A DNA stretch of 64,000 nucleotides from Candidatus Poriferisocius sp. (GTDB lineage Bacteria > Actinomycetota > Acidimicrobiia > Acidimicrobiales > Bin134), in assembly GCF_965204015.1 (NCBI RefSeq), contig NZ_OZ241965.1, positions 567,991 through 631,990 on the forward strand. Reading direction: 5' to 3'. Under the pieces are notes generated by a model. It was not told where the DNA came from and did no database searches. It saw only the letters and a program-made list of their open reading frames with translations. The translations under genes were made by a program, and so were the position numbers. Of the stretch, positions 46,481 through 56,423 are shown piece after piece. Position 1 is the first letter of the stretch, and each line of letters starts with the position of its first letter.

Positions 46481-47704
46481 TCACCCTCTCTTGCGAATCA
46501 ATTCGATCTTCTCACTTGCCTGATTGGCATCGTCGCCCTGCTCGGCCAGCAGACGGCTCCGGTCGCGTTCCGCCTCCCGGGCGGCGGCCACCGTATCGGC
46601 TTTGGCCAAAGCGGCCTCGGCCCCATGCTCGTGGATCAACTCGGCCCACTCCACCAGTGAGTCCACCATGTTCTCCTCGGCCACGACGGCAACGTTGCGG
46701 CCCTTCACAAACAGGTGGCCCCGCTTGTTGCCCGCCGCAATGCCGATATCGGCGTCGCGGGCCTCGCCGGGTCCATTCACCACACAGCCCATGACGGCCA
46801 CCTGAAGGGGGATCTCCCGGTCGCCGAACGCCTCTAGGGCCTGTTCGGCCACGGCATACACGTCGATCTCGGCCCGACCGCAGCTCGGACAGGCGATGAG
46901 GTCGACGTTCTTGCGCTCCCGCAGGCCCAGCGATTCCAGAAGCTGGCGGCCGGCCTTAGCCTCTTGCACCGGGTCGGCGGTGAGGCTGTAGCGGATGGTG
47001 TCGCCGATGCCCTCGGCCAACAGCGTGCCGATGCCCACGGTGGACTTGATCAACCCCACCGGAGGCGGCCCCGCCTCGGTCACCCCCAAGTGCAGGGGGT
47101 GGTCGGTGACCTCGCTCAGCTGGCGGTAGGCCTCGATCATCAGGGGCACACTGGACGCCTTGACCGAGATCTTGACGTCGTCGAAGTCCACATCCGCGAA
47201 GTAGTCGAGCTCCATCTGGGCCGACTCGACCATGGCCTCGGGCGTAACCCGGTCGCCGTACTTGCGATACAGATCAGGGTGCAGCGATCCCCCGTTCACC
47301 CCGATGCGGATGGGGACCCCCCGGTCCCGGCACTCCGAGGCCACCGCCTGGATGTGCTCGGGCTTGCGGATGTTGCCCGGATTCAGCCTCAGGCACTGGA
47401 CTCCGGCATCCAATGCGGCCAGCGCCATGCGGTACTGGTGGTGGATGTCGGCCACGATGGGCACGGGAGAGCGAGGCACGATCTGGGCCAGTCCTTCAGC
47501 GGCCTCGATCTCGTTACAGGTGCAGCGCACGATGTCGGCACCGGCTGCGGCCAGGGCGTAGATCTGCTGAAGCGTGCCCTCCACATCCGCGGTGCGGGTG
47601 GTAGTCATCGACTGGACGGTTATGGGCGCACCGCCGCCCACGGCCACATCCCCCACAAAGATCCGCCGAGTTGGGCGGCGCTCGAAGGCTGCCTGGACTT
47701 CCAC
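46481..47704 (-). CDS. ispG: HMBPP synthase (flavodoxin/ferredoxin)
   Basis: VQSMT, ADIH, RLNPGNI, RIGVNGGSL, SVKAS, HLGVTEAG, CPSCGR, VMGCVVNGPGE; start uncertain. Confidence 0.97.
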   Translation of the reverse strand: MEVQAAFERRPTRRIFVGDVAVGGGAPITVQSMTTTRTADVEGTLQQIYALAAAGADIVRCTCNEIEAAEGLAQIVPRSPVPIVADIHHQYRMALAALDAGVQCLRLNPGNIRKPEHIQAVASECRDRGVPIRIGVNGGSLHPDLYRKYGDRVTPEAMVESAQMELDYFADVDFDDVKISVKASSVPLMIEAYRQLSEVTDHPLHLGVTEAGPPPVGLIKSTVGIGTLLAEGIGDTIRYSLTADPVQEAKAGRQLLESLGLRERKNVDLIACPSCGRAEIDVYAVAEQALEAFGDREIPLQVAVMGCVVNGPGEARDADIGIAAGNKRGHLFVKGRNVAVVAEENMVDSLVEWAELIHEHGAEAALAKADTVAAAREAERDRSRLLAEQGDDANQASEKIELIRKRG

Positions 47705-47764
47705 GATCTCAGCTTCGCATGTCTGGCCCACAAGAGGCGTATTTCCCCACGGCCATCACAACCC

Positions 47765-49036
47765 TCAACTCGGTACCTCCACGGGATCAGTGAAGTCCAG
47801 ATAAACCGACCCGATGAAGACAAAGCCCAGAATCAAGATCACGGCGTAGGCCACCGGCACCATCTTGGAGACGTCGGCGGTGTATCGACGACCTCGCCAA
47901 GACCGGAGGCGTTCGTAAGTGGCTATCACCACATGGCCTCCGTCGAAGGGAAGAAGCGGAATCAGGTTGAAGACCCCGATGAACACGTTCAACAGGGCCA
48001 AGAACAGCAGCAAGTTCCCATAGCCGTTCTCCGTGAGATCAGCGCCGATTCGAAGGGCGCCGAAGATCGAGATCACGCGGTCCTGATTGTCGGCGGGCAC
48101 CCCAGTGGCGATGCCGCTGTCGGAGGGAGCAGCGCCTTGTTGGACAGGCTGATCGGCCACATCACGGAAGAAGTTGTTGAGCCCGCTGGGCGAGAAGAAC
48201 CTGCCGATACCCAGAACGGACTCTTTGACCAGGAAGCCGAACTCGTCCAACGTCTCGGGAACCGCCTCGAGGTAGCCGACCTCCACGGTTTGGCGTGACT
48301 GGGCCGTCCCCGAGGCGATGCCGACATACCCCCGGCTGGCGTCTTCTGGATGGGCGCCGAGCGTCAGCACGCGCACCAGCACATCGCCGCCGCGTTGGAC
48401 CCCCAGGATCGCCGGCGATCCCGGTTCGGGCAGGGCCTCCGCCATGTCAACCATGGTGGTCACCGGGCTGCCATTGACCGAGACAATGCGATCTCCCGGC
48501 ATCAAGCCGGCTCGGTCCGCAGGCGTGCCCGGCATCACCCCGGTCACCGTCCAATCAGGGGAGGGAACGGTCTCAGTCCTTCCCCCCACCACCAGAAACG
48601 AGAAGATCAGAACCAGCGCCAATAGGAAATGGACGGTCGATCCGGCCACCGCCACTGACATTCGCCGCCAGTAGGGTTTGCTGCGATAGGTGCGGTGCTC
48701 ATCGGCCGGGGGCACCTCCTCGAGATTGTTCATCCCTATGATCCGCACGTAGGCACCGACGGGGATCGCCTTGAGGCCGTAGACCGTCTCTCCTCGGCGC
48801 ATCGACCACAGCCGCGGTCCGAATCCCAAGAAGAACTCGGTGACCTTCATACCCGCGGCCCGGGCAGTGACGTAGTGGCCCATCTCGTGCAAAAAGATCA
48901 TGCCGATGACGGCCAACACCACAATCAGCATCGGCAGCCCCCAAGCCACCTGCACCAATACGAGCAGGGCCGCCACCAGCGCCAGTCCTCCCCAGCGATC
49001 TCGGGAGGCCTGCATCCTGGCAAGCGGAGTGTTCAA
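47765..49036 (-). CDS. rseP: RseP/Rip1-like M50 intramembrane zinc metalloprotease with PDZ
   Basis: HEMGH, GFGPRL, GAYVRI, PDZ-like segment, NLIPLLPFDGGH. Confidence 0.93.
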   Translation of the reverse strand: MNTPLARMQASRDRWGGLALVAALLVLVQVAWGLPMLIVVLAVIGMIFLHEMGHYVTARAAGMKVTEFFLGFGPRLWSMRRGETVYGLKAIPVGAYVRIIGMNNLEEVPPADEHRTYRSKPYWRRMSVAVAGSTVHFLLALVLIFSFLVVGGRTETVPSPDWTVTGVMPGTPADRAGLMPGDRIVSVNGSPVTTMVDMAEALPEPGSPAILGVQRGGDVLVRVLTLGAHPEDASRGYVGIASGTAQSRQTVEVGYLEAVPETLDEFGFLVKESVLGIGRFFSPSGLNNFFRDVADQPVQQGAAPSDSGIATGVPADNQDRVISIFGALRIGADLTENGYGNLLLFLALLNVFIGVFNLIPLLPFDGGHVVIATYERLRSWRGRRYTADVSKMVPVAYAVILILGFVFIGSVYLDFTDPVEVPS

Positions 49037-49072
49037 AGACCCCTCACTCCGAGAGTGACGCGAGGGCATCTA

Positions 49073-50266
49073 TCAACCGCGGGCGTACTGGTAATCGATG
49101 ACCTGTTCGGCTGCTGATCGGGCCCTGCCGTCGATCTCCATGACCGCCTCCAGGGAGTCGGCCTCGGTGCCGTCGTGGTCGCCGAGGACCGTCTCCAAAA
49201 CCTCTGGGATTGCCGTCCATCGTATCCGCTCATCGAGAAAAGCCTGCACGGCCACTTCGTTGGCCGCGTTCAACAAGGCGGGTGCGGTCTCGCCCATGCG
49301 ACCGGCGGCGTAGGCCAGCTCCAGGCAGGGAAACGCCTCGGTGTCGGGGGGCTCGAAATCCAGCCGGCTCAACTCGGCCCAGTCGATGCGGCCAAACGGG
49401 GTGGCGATGCGGTCGGGGTAGGCCATGGCATAGCCGATGCACAATCGCATGTCGGGCAGCGAGAGCTGGGCGATAGTGGCGCCGTCGGTGTACTCCACCA
49501 TGGAGTGGACCACCGACTGGGGATGGACCACTACCTCGATGCGGTCATAGCCCATTCCGAAGAGCTCGTTGGCCTCGATCACCTCCAAGCCCTTGTTCAT
49601 CAGGGTGGAAGAGTCCACCGTGATCTTGGGCCCCATGCTCCAGGTGGGATGGGCCAGCGCATGCTCCACCGTCACATCGGCCAGCTCGTTGCGAGTCCGG
49701 CCCCGAAACGGCCCTCCGCTGGCGGTGAGCACGATGCGGTGGACGCGTTTCATTCCCGTTTCAGAGGCCATGCCCGCTTCGGAAGTAAACACGTCGTTGG
49801 CCCGCAGGCATTGGTGGACGGCGCAGTGCTCACTGTCCACCGGGAGCAGCTCGGCACCAGGAGTCCGGCGGGCCCTCTGAACGACCGGCCCAGCGGCGAT
49901 CAGCGACTCCTTGTTGGCCAGGGCCAGCCGCCGGCCAGCCTCCAGGGCCGCCAGTGTCACCGGCAGCCCGGCAAACCCGACCACCCCGTTGACCACCACA
50001 TCTCCCATAGCGGCAGCCTCGGCGAGAGCCGCTGGGCCGCTGGCCACCTCGACCCCCGGCAGCGCGTCGCGGACCTCGGGAACTTTGTCGGCTGCGCCCA
50101 CCACCACAAGACGAGGGCGAAACTCCCGGGCTTGGGCAATCACCTGGTCGATCGAGCGGCCTGCCCCCAAGGCCACCACATCCCAAACACCGGGCTCGGC
50201 CCGCACCACATCCAAAGTCTGAACGCCGATCGAGCCTGAAGAGCCAAGCAGCGACAGAGAAATCAT
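49073..50266 (-). CDS. dxr: 1-deoxy-D-xylulose 5-phosphate reductoisomerase
   Basis: LGSSGSIG, LANKESL, PVDSEH, TASGGPFR, HPTWSMGPKITVDSSTLMNKGLE. Confidence 0.98.
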   Translation of the reverse strand: MISLSLLGSSGSIGVQTLDVVRAEPGVWDVVALGAGRSIDQVIAQAREFRPRLVVVGAADKVPEVRDALPGVEVASGPAALAEAAAMGDVVVNGVVGFAGLPVTLAALEAGRRLALANKESLIAAGPVVQRARRTPGAELLPVDSEHCAVHQCLRANDVFTSEAGMASETGMKRVHRIVLTASGGPFRGRTRNELADVTVEHALAHPTWSMGPKITVDSSTLMNKGLEVIEANELFGMGYDRIEVVVHPQSVVHSMVEYTDGATIAQLSLPDMRLCIGYAMAYPDRIATPFGRIDWAELSRLDFEPPDTEAFPCLELAYAAGRMGETAPALLNAANEVAVQAFLDERIRWTAIPEVLETVLGDHDGTEADSLEAVMEIDGRARSAAEQVIDYQYARG

Positions 50267-50296
50267 GATCTCATGGCGTTGGGATCGCCCGAAGGC

Positions 50297-51577
50297 TCAA
50301 ATGATTTCGAGCATGAGGGCAGTGAAATACGTGGCCGGCAACACGAGCAGCAGGGCATCGATGCGGTCCAGCATCCCACCATGGCCGGGGAGCAAAGAAC
50401 CCATGTCCTTGACCCCCAGATCCCGCTTGATGGCCGATTCCATAAGGTCGGCCAACGGAGCCACAACGGCAACCACGATGCCCAAGACGACGCCGTCGGA
50501 GCGAGATCCAGATCCGTCCCCGAAGGGGCCGATCTCCAGAATGGAGATGAACACCAAGGCGGCTGCGATGGTGGCGATGGTGCCGCCGATAAGGCCCTCA
50601 ACCGTCTTGTTGGGGCTGGCCTTTGACAGCGGGGTGCGACCCGCCGCCCGTCCGACGGCGAAGGCGCCGACGTCATGGGCCACGGTCAAGATCACCGCGC
50701 TCAGCACAAACTCGCGGCCGTCGGGCATGTCCAAGAGCAGCCCGCCGAAAGCCCCGGCCACCCCGATGTAGACAATCCCAAACAGGGTGACCCCGAGGTT
50801 GGCCAACGGGCGGTCGCGCCCCACTCCCCCCACGTACCACAGGCCTGCGCCGAACAGGGCGAACACCAACACCAGCACGATGCCGTCGGCTCCTCGCCAA
50901 TAGGCAGCCAGCGGCATAGCCACCACTGCGACAAAGCCCAACAGCGCGGGCGGCTGGTAACCAGCGTGCCGCAAGCTGGTGAACCATTCGGCCGCGGCCA
51001 GCAGCAGGGCGATGGTGAGGACGGCGAGGGTGGCCTCCTCTCCGCCAGCGATAGCCCCGAGGACGATGCCGCCCAGCACCAAGCCCACCACGATGGCGGT
51101 AATCGTGTTGCCCTCACGAGGCGGAACTCGCGATTCGGTCATCGGAGATGGCGGTGGGGCCAACAGCGTCTCCGAGGTCGCGCCGATGCCGGGCATATCG
51201 GTAGTTTCCTGAACGTCCAGGGACAGGACTTCGTCCACCCGGTCAACCGACGGGAACTCCACTGCCTCGGTGGGCTCGGGATCCTCGAAGACGCTTGCGC
51301 TCTCGGATTGATGGCTGACTGAGGCCATCTCCGGCTGGTCTTCGGATGGGGAATCATCGGTGTCTTCGCGCCATCGAGGGGCGGCGTCCGCCAGGGTGTC
51401 CCAGTCGTCCTCGGCGGCCTCTTCATCAGCCGCTGACTCACCCCAGTGAGGCAGGCCGGATTCTTCCTCGTCCTCATCGAATAAAGAGGTCAGATCGTCC
51501 AGGAACATGGCCTGCTCGTCGTCCGGCGACCCTTCGGAGGGATCATTCGGTCTTTGGAAAGGATTGTCGTCGTCCAC
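50297..51577 (-). CDS. cdsA: Phosphatidate cytidylyltransferase with about 160-aa acidic N-terminal extension
   Basis: DVGAFAVG, SPNKTVEG, DLMESAIKRDLGVKDMG.LLPGHGGMLDRID. Confidence 0.93.
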   Translation of the reverse strand: MDDDNPFQRPNDPSEGSPDDEQAMFLDDLTSLFDEDEEESGLPHWGESAADEEAAEDDWDTLADAAPRWREDTDDSPSEDQPEMASVSHQSESASVFEDPEPTEAVEFPSVDRVDEVLSLDVQETTDMPGIGATSETLLAPPPSPMTESRVPPREGNTITAIVVGLVLGGIVLGAIAGGEEATLAVLTIALLLAAAEWFTSLRHAGYQPPALLGFVAVVAMPLAAYWRGADGIVLVLVFALFGAGLWYVGGVGRDRPLANLGVTLFGIVYIGVAGAFGGLLLDMPDGREFVLSAVILTVAHDVGAFAVGRAAGRTPLSKASPNKTVEGLIGGTIATIAAALVFISILEIGPFGDGSGSRSDGVVLGIVVAVVAPLADLMESAIKRDLGVKDMGSLLPGHGGMLDRIDALLLVLPATYFTALMLEII

Positions 51578-51601
51578 TGGCCCCTCCGGGTGTTTGGCAG
51601 A

Positions 51602-52177
51602 TTAGATCTCGAGCAACTCTTGCTCTTTGACGCCCAATGCGTCGTTGATGAGCTGCTCATGGTCGTGGGTTAGATGGTCGAGTTCTTTCTCGGCCCGGGC
51701 GGCGATGTCCTCGGACACATCGCCCCCCTTGCTGAGCTGGTCAATCTCGTGACGACTGCTGCGCCGGGTGTTCCGAATGGCCACTCGTCCATCTTCGGCC
51801 ATCTGCTTGACCAATCTGACCAATTCGCGACGGCGCTCTTCAGTCAGCGGTGGAAAGGTGAGGCGCACCACGTTGCCGTCATTGCTGGGATTGAGCCCGA
51901 GGTCAGCCTGGATGATGGCCCGCTCAATCGCTGAAATGGAACCCTTGTCAAAGGGGGAGATCACCAGAAGCTGTGCCTCGGGAACACTGAAGCTGGCGAG
52001 CTGCTGAAGCGGCACTTCGGTGCCGTAGTAGTCCACCAGAAATCTCTCGAACAGCGCAGGAGAAGCTCGGCCAGTCCTGACGGTGGCGAACTGCTGGCGA
52101 GTGTGATGGACAGCGGAGTCCATGCGGCCTCCGGCCTCGGCCACCACCAAGTCGGTCAAGTCATCGCCGGTCGTCAT
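51602..52177 (-). CDS. frr: Ribosome recycling factor
   Basis: VRTGRAS, DYYG, LNPSNDG, PPLTEERR. Confidence 0.97.
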   Translation of the reverse strand: MTTGDDLTDLVVAEAGGRMDSAVHHTRQQFATVRTGRASPALFERFLVDYYGTEVPLQQLASFSVPEAQLLVISPFDKGSISAIERAIIQADLGLNPSNDGNVVRLTFPPLTEERRRELVRLVKQMAEDGRVAIRNTRRSSRHEIDQLSKGGDVSEDIAARAEKELDHLTHDHEQLINDALGVKEQELLEI

Positions 52178-52201
52178 TCCAGCAGCATTCCCAGGGATCC
52201 C

Positions 52202-52945
52202 TCACGACACCAGAGTACCGATCGGCTGGCCATCGAGTATGGCAAGGACGTTTCCCGGTGCCATGAGATCAAACACCACAATAGGCAATTCGTTGTCCAT
52301 GCACAGCGAAACGGCGGTGCTGTCCATGGCCTTCAAACCCTGGGACAGCACATCCAGGTATCGGACCTCGTCCAATTTCTCGGCACCAGGATCAATCCGA
52401 GGATCGGCGGTGTAGACCCCGTCTGTGCCGCTATGGGTGCCTTTCAGCAGAACGCCAGCCTCTATCTCCACCGCCCGCAATGCCGCCGCAGTGTCGGTGG
52501 TGAAGAACGGGTTGCCGGTTCCGGCGGCAAAAATAACCACCCGGCCCTTTTCCAAGTGGCGGATGGCCCGTCTCCGGATGTACGGCTCGGCTACTTGGGC
52601 CATGCCGATGGCGGTTTGCACTCGGGTGGGCTGACCTAGCCGCTCAAGGGTGTCTTGAAGGGCCAGGGCGTTGATGACCGTGGCCAGCATCCCCATGTAG
52701 TCGGCTTGGGCCCGGTCCATGCCCGAGCCCGCTCCGGTCATCCCTCGCCAGATGTTGCCCCCGCCCACCACGACGGCCACGTCGACATCGAACTCCGACC
52801 TGACCTTGACAATCTCCGACGCAATCTGAACGGCGATCTCTCCGTCGATGCCGTAGCCGGCCTCTCCAGCAAAGGCCTCTCCGGAGAGCTTCAAGACGAT
52901 CCGGTCCCACCGTCCCGATCGTTTGGATTCGCCGCCGTCGACCAC
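52202..52945 (-). CDS. pyrH: UMP kinase
   Basis: [43 protein letters not shown]. Confidence 0.97.
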   Translation of the reverse strand: MVDGGESKRSGRWDRIVLKLSGEAFAGEAGYGIDGEIAVQIASEIVKVRSEFDVDVAVVVGGGNIWRGMTGAGSGMDRAQADYMGMLATVINALALQDTLERLGQPTRVQTAIGMAQVAEPYIRRRAIRHLEKGRVVIFAAGTGNPFFTTDTAAALRAVEIEAGVLLKGTHSGTDGVYTADPRIDPGAEKLDEVRYLDVLSQGLKAMDSTAVSLCMDNELPIVVFDLMAPGNVLAILDGQPIGTLVS

Positions 52946-52947
52946 CG

Positions 52948-53739
52948 CTAACTGCCGATGGCCGCCAGCTCGAACCGGATGACGGCACCGTCTCCCAACC
53001 GGGACTGCACGGTCTCCTTCTCTCCGAACATGCCCTGCTCCAGCAGCACTCGCTCGGCGTACCACGCCCGCAGGCGGCCGGTGACGATCTTGTCCCAGGC
53101 CTGTTCTGGCTTGCCCTCGGCCTTGGTCATCTCCGTCAGCGAAATCCGCTCCCGCTCCACTTCTTCGGGATCGACATCGTCGCGGTGCAGAACCGAAGGC
53201 TTGGCAAAGGCGATGTGGAGGGCGATCTCGTGGGCCAGTTCTTGGCTCATGCCGCGGGCCTCGACCACCACCGCGCTGGTCCCTCGGCCATCTTGGGTGT
53301 GGAGGTAGGTGTCCAGGATGTTGCCTTCGCCAGCCTGGATCTTTACGACCTTGCCCAACCGGACATTCTCCTTCTTGGCCAGGCTCAGATCCTCGATGTC
53401 CCCCTTGCGGGCTTCGACCGAGTCTTCGCCCTCAGCGAGCACGAGTTGGACCAACTCGTCGGCCAAAGCGGTGAAATCGTCAGCCTTGGCGGAGAAGTCA
53501 GTCTCGCAGCGAAGTTCCACGATGGCGGCGGCATCGCCGTCTACGGCCAGCGCCACCGCTCCCTGGTCGCTAGCCCGATCAGCCCGAGCAGCGGCCTTGG
53601 CCATGCCCTTTTCGCGCAGCCACTGGGTGGCAGCTTCCATGTCGCCATCATTCTCAGTGAGGGCGCGCTTGCAGTCCATCATCCCGGCACCAGTGGCCTG
53701 ACGTAGGGCTTTGACGTCTTGGGCGGTAAATGAACTCAC
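52948..53739 (-). CDS. tsf: Elongation factor Ts
   Basis: [24 protein letters not shown]; GTGA overlap with rpsB stop. Confidence 0.97.
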   Translation of the reverse strand: MSSFTAQDVKALRQATGAGMMDCKRALTENDGDMEAATQWLREKGMAKAAARADRASDQGAVALAVDGDAAAIVELRCETDFSAKADDFTALADELVQLVLAEGEDSVEARKGDIEDLSLAKKENVRLGKVVKIQAGEGNILDTYLHTQDGRGTSAVVVEARGMSQELAHEIALHIAFAKPSVLHRDDVDPEEVERERISLTEMTKAEGKPEQAWDKIVTGRLRAWYAERVLLEQGMFGEKETVQSRLGDGAVIRFELAAIGS

Positions 53740-54623
53740 ACTTGCTCCTGGGGTTCGGCTGGCTCGGCCTCTTCGGCAACCTGCTCCTGAGATTCGGTTT
53801 CCTCGGCGGCAGCGGGCAGATCGGCGGTTGGTGCCGGGGTCGGCTCTTCTTCCACCGCCGCCTCCGCCGTTGCTGGCGGCCCAACATCGGGCTGGGCCGC
53901 AACTTCGATCTGGGCCTTGGCGGCGGCATTGCCCTGAGCGATGAACCGGCCCTCGAGAACGGCATCGCTGATGATCCGACACATCAACTCACCAGAGCGG
54001 ATGGCATCGTCGTTGCCGGGAATCACGTATTGGATCACATCGGGATCGCAATTCGTGTCCACCACTGCGATCACCGGCAGCTTCAGCTTGTTGGCCTCTG
54101 CGACGGCGATGTGCTCCTTTTTGGTGTCAAGCACGAACACCGCATCGGGCGGTCGGGTCAAGTCCCGGATGCCGTTGAGATTGCGCTCCAGCTTCACCAG
54201 CTCCCGGGTGATGAGAAGGGCCTCTTTCTTGGGCATGACGTCCAACTCGCCGGAACTCCGCATCCGCTGGAACTCCTTCATCTTGCCCATGCGCTTGGAG
54301 ATGGTCTCGAAGTTGGTCAGCAGACCGCCCAGCCAGCGCTCGTTCACATAGGGCATGCCCACACGCTCTGCGTAGCTCTGGACGCTGTCTTGAGCCTGCT
54401 TCTTGGTGCCCACGAACAGAACCTGTCCGCCTCTGGCCACAAGATCGCGCACAAAGGTATAGGCCGACTCGATGTAAGCCAGCGTTTGGGTGAGATCGAT
54501 GATGTAGATGCCGTTGCGCTCTCCGAAGATGAACCGCTGCATCTTCGGATTCCATCGGCGGGTCTGGTGTCCGAAGTGGACCCCGGCATCGAGCAGCTGA
54601 CGCATGGTCACGACAGGCGCCAT
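53736..54623 (-). CDS. rpsB: 30S ribosomal protein S2
   Basis: [40 protein letters not shown]; acidic tail. Confidence 0.99.
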   Translation of the reverse strand: MAPVVTMRQLLDAGVHFGHQTRRWNPKMQRFIFGERNGIYIIDLTQTLAYIESAYTFVRDLVARGGQVLFVGTKKQAQDSVQSYAERVGMPYVNERWLGGLLTNFETISKRMGKMKEFQRMRSSGELDVMPKKEALLITRELVKLERNLNGIRDLTRPPDAVFVLDTKKEHIAVAEANKLKLPVIAVVDTNCDPDVIQYVIPGNDDAIRSGELMCRIISDAVLEGRFIAQGNAAAKAQIEVAAQPDVGPPATAEAAVEEEPTPAPTADLPAAAEETESQEQVAEEAEPAEPQEQV

Positions 54624-54761
54624 GGTGATTCTCCTCTCCCAACGGTTCAGCGAAACCCGGGGTCAGCACCTGACGGCGACCGTGGGATGCCCCGGGCGGT
54701 GATTTTTCTTCGGCCGGGAACTGCTTCCTGGCCGGGTCAAACGATAGCCGCTACACGTCCA

Positions 54762-55301
54762 TTAGCCATAGGCAGAAAGCCGACTTCGACCATGAGGGTC
54801 GCGGTGGGATACCAGCCGCACATGGCCGGTGGTCAGCACCGACCCCGGATCGAGATAGTCGTCGCCTGCCCTCACACTGAAGAAGAACCGCGCCGAAGCG
54901 GTGCCCAACAACTGTCCAGCCACCAACCAGTCGCCCTCCGCGACGGCGATCCAGCCCAGATATCCGTAAGAGGTGCGCAGCCCATCGCGGTGCAGCACGG
55001 TGACAAACCGGTTGTGGACCACAGTGCCGGCGAACACCACCTCGCCGTCCGCGGAAGCCCACACTGGCTGGCCGGGCTCGGGATCGTACTCAAAGCCTCT
55101 ATTGCCCGGTGCCCCCACGTGGGCCGGAGGCCGAAAGTGGTCTACCACCTCGGCATCAATTGGGGGCCGGTACTCCTCCGGCGCCTCGCCTTGCAGAACA
55201 GAATCGCCCTCAAGCGGCGGCGCCTGCTCGGGCACCGTCGGACTGGCTAGAAAGACCAGCCCGGCCACGGCCGCCCAACCGATCCGCAATCCCCACACCA
55301 T
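54762..55301 (-). CDS. M23/LytM-family protein with degenerate zinc ligands
   Basis: N-terminal hydrophobic leader, F.PP..GAPGNRGFEY, ASADGEVVFAG, TVLHRDGLRTSYGYL, YLDP. Confidence 0.8.
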   Translation of the reverse strand: MVWGLRIGWAAVAGLVFLASPTVPEQAPPLEGDSVLQGEAPEEYRPPIDAEVVDHFRPPAHVGAPGNRGFEYDPEPGQPVWASADGEVVFAGTVVHNRFVTVLHRDGLRTSYGYLGWIAVAEGDWLVAGQLLGTASARFFFSVRAGDDYLDPGSVLTTGHVRLVSHRDPHGRSRLSAYG

Positions 55302-55351
55302 GGTTTTTCCTCATGGGCTTCGAGATGAAGGGGGGAAGTGGCAATCAGGCT

Positions 55352-55436
55352 ATCAAGCACCTCGGCGGAGGGGGAAGCGACTGTCGGTCAATCAAGCACC
55401 TCGGCGGAGGGGGAAGCGACGGCGGGTCAATCAAGC
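55352..55436. repeat. 39-bp tandem repeat (2 copies plus partial) starting at the xerC stop codon
   Basis: ATCAAGCACCTCGGCGGAGGGGGAAGCGAC at 55352 and 55391; ATCAAGC at 55430 contains the xerC stop. Confidence 0.92.
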
Positions 55437-56339
55437 CCGAGGATGGCTGTTTTTCATCACGTTGCGGAGCCGTTCCCGACTGACGTGGGTGTATATCTGG
55501 GTGGATCCCAGATCGGCGTGGCCCAGTAGCTCCTGTACATGCCGTAAGTCGGCCCCACCGTCGAGCAGGTGAGTGGCGAAGGTGTGGCGCAAGGCATGGG
55601 GGTTGGTCTGAACGCTGGCCCGGCGATCCACCAGCCGGCGAACAGCCTGGGCATTCATCGGGCGGCCCCGCAGGTTCACGAACACCGCGTCTTCGGCCAC
55701 CGACGGGTCGGCCATCTCTTCTCGGCCGTCGGTTATCCACTCCGACAAGGCGGCCGCGGCCGGCTCGCTCAGCGGCACAATGCGCTGTTTCGACCCCTTG
55801 CCGTTGACCGTGAGCCGCCGACGCTCCCAGTCGATATCCCCGGCGCGGATGGCGCACACCTCGCTGACCCGCAGGCCACTGCCGTACAGCAGCTCCAACA
55901 CTGCGATGTCCCGTTGGCAACGAGCCCGGCCGTCGTCGGCCACCGCCGCCCGCGGCTGGTCCAACAGGATGCCCAATTCCTCTGAACGCAGCACTCGGGG
56001 CAGTCGGCGCTCCCGTATCGGCACCATGGTGCCGACCGTGGGGTCGGCGGAAACCCGGCCGGTGCGCTCTGCCCATCGGAAGTAGCGACGCAGCGACGAC
56101 GCCTTCCGAGCCACCGTCTTGCGGGCATAGCCCTGTGCGCTCAGATGGGCCAGGTACCTCCGGATGGCACGGAGGTCGACTTCTTCTGGACCCGTTTCCC
56201 GGGCCGAGGCCCGAGAAGCGCCCCCGCCTGATTGCCCAAGCCAGTCGGCGAACGCGGCTACCTCTCGGCAGTACATCGCCGCGGTGTCTTCGCTGACCGA
56301 GACAGCCGATGCCGCAAAGGCTTCCAGATCCCATCCCAT
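55431..56339 (-). CDS. xerC: Tyrosine recombinase XerC
   Basis: ELLYGSGLRVSE, GKGSKQR, PHALRHTFATHLL..GADLR.VQELLGH..STQIYTHV; housekeeping position after dprA. Confidence 0.9.
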   Translation of the reverse strand: MGWDLEAFAASAVSVSEDTAAMYCREVAAFADWLGQSGGGASRASARETGPEEVDLRAIRRYLAHLSAQGYARKTVARKASSLRRYFRWAERTGRVSADPTVGTMVPIRERRLPRVLRSEELGILLDQPRAAVADDGRARCQRDIAVLELLYGSGLRVSEVCAIRAGDIDWERRRLTVNGKGSKQRIVPLSEPAAAALSEWITDGREEMADPSVAEDAVFVNLRGRPMNAQAVRRLVDRRASVQTNPHALRHTFATHLLDGGADLRHVQELLGHADLGSTQIYTHVSRERLRNVMKNSHPRA

Positions 56340-56383
56340 CTGCGTTTAAGACTACCGATGAGGGCTACAGCCCCAACGCCAAT

Positions 56384-56423
56384 CTCATCGGGGCCAGCCT
56401 CATCGGGGCCAACCTCATCGGGG
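56384..56423. repeat. 15-bp tandem repeat (about 2.7 copies) including the dprA stop codon
   Basis: CTCATCGGGGCCAGC / CTCATCGGGGCCAAC / CTCATCGGGG. Confidence 0.88.

Noticed and set aside
54624-54761. Structured rpsB leader RNA; also candidate rplS and rpsP leaders
   Set aside because: Plausible by analogy, but I cannot identify a defined family motif without a covariance search
53730-55250. Long plus-strand ORFs antisense to core genes (e.g. 53730-55250, 6934-8547, 46964-48298, 40911-42251, 57586-58878)
   Set aside because: Shadow ORFs expected in high-GC DNA; no recognisable motifs and they fully overlap well-supported genes
55431-56339. xerC as a phage or ICE integrase
   Set aside because: About 300 aa XerC/D-type size and motifs, no arm-binding domain, no flanking mobile genes
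56350-56372. xerC upstream TAGTCT as a further TGTCAC-type promoter
   Set aside because: Hexamer at the expected position is CTGTAG, not TGTCAC; probably an ordinary promoter
55352-56423. Possible CRISPR array or att sites around xerC
   Set aside because: Repeats are tandem without unique spacers, no cas genes are present, and xerC is in its housekeeping position after dprA
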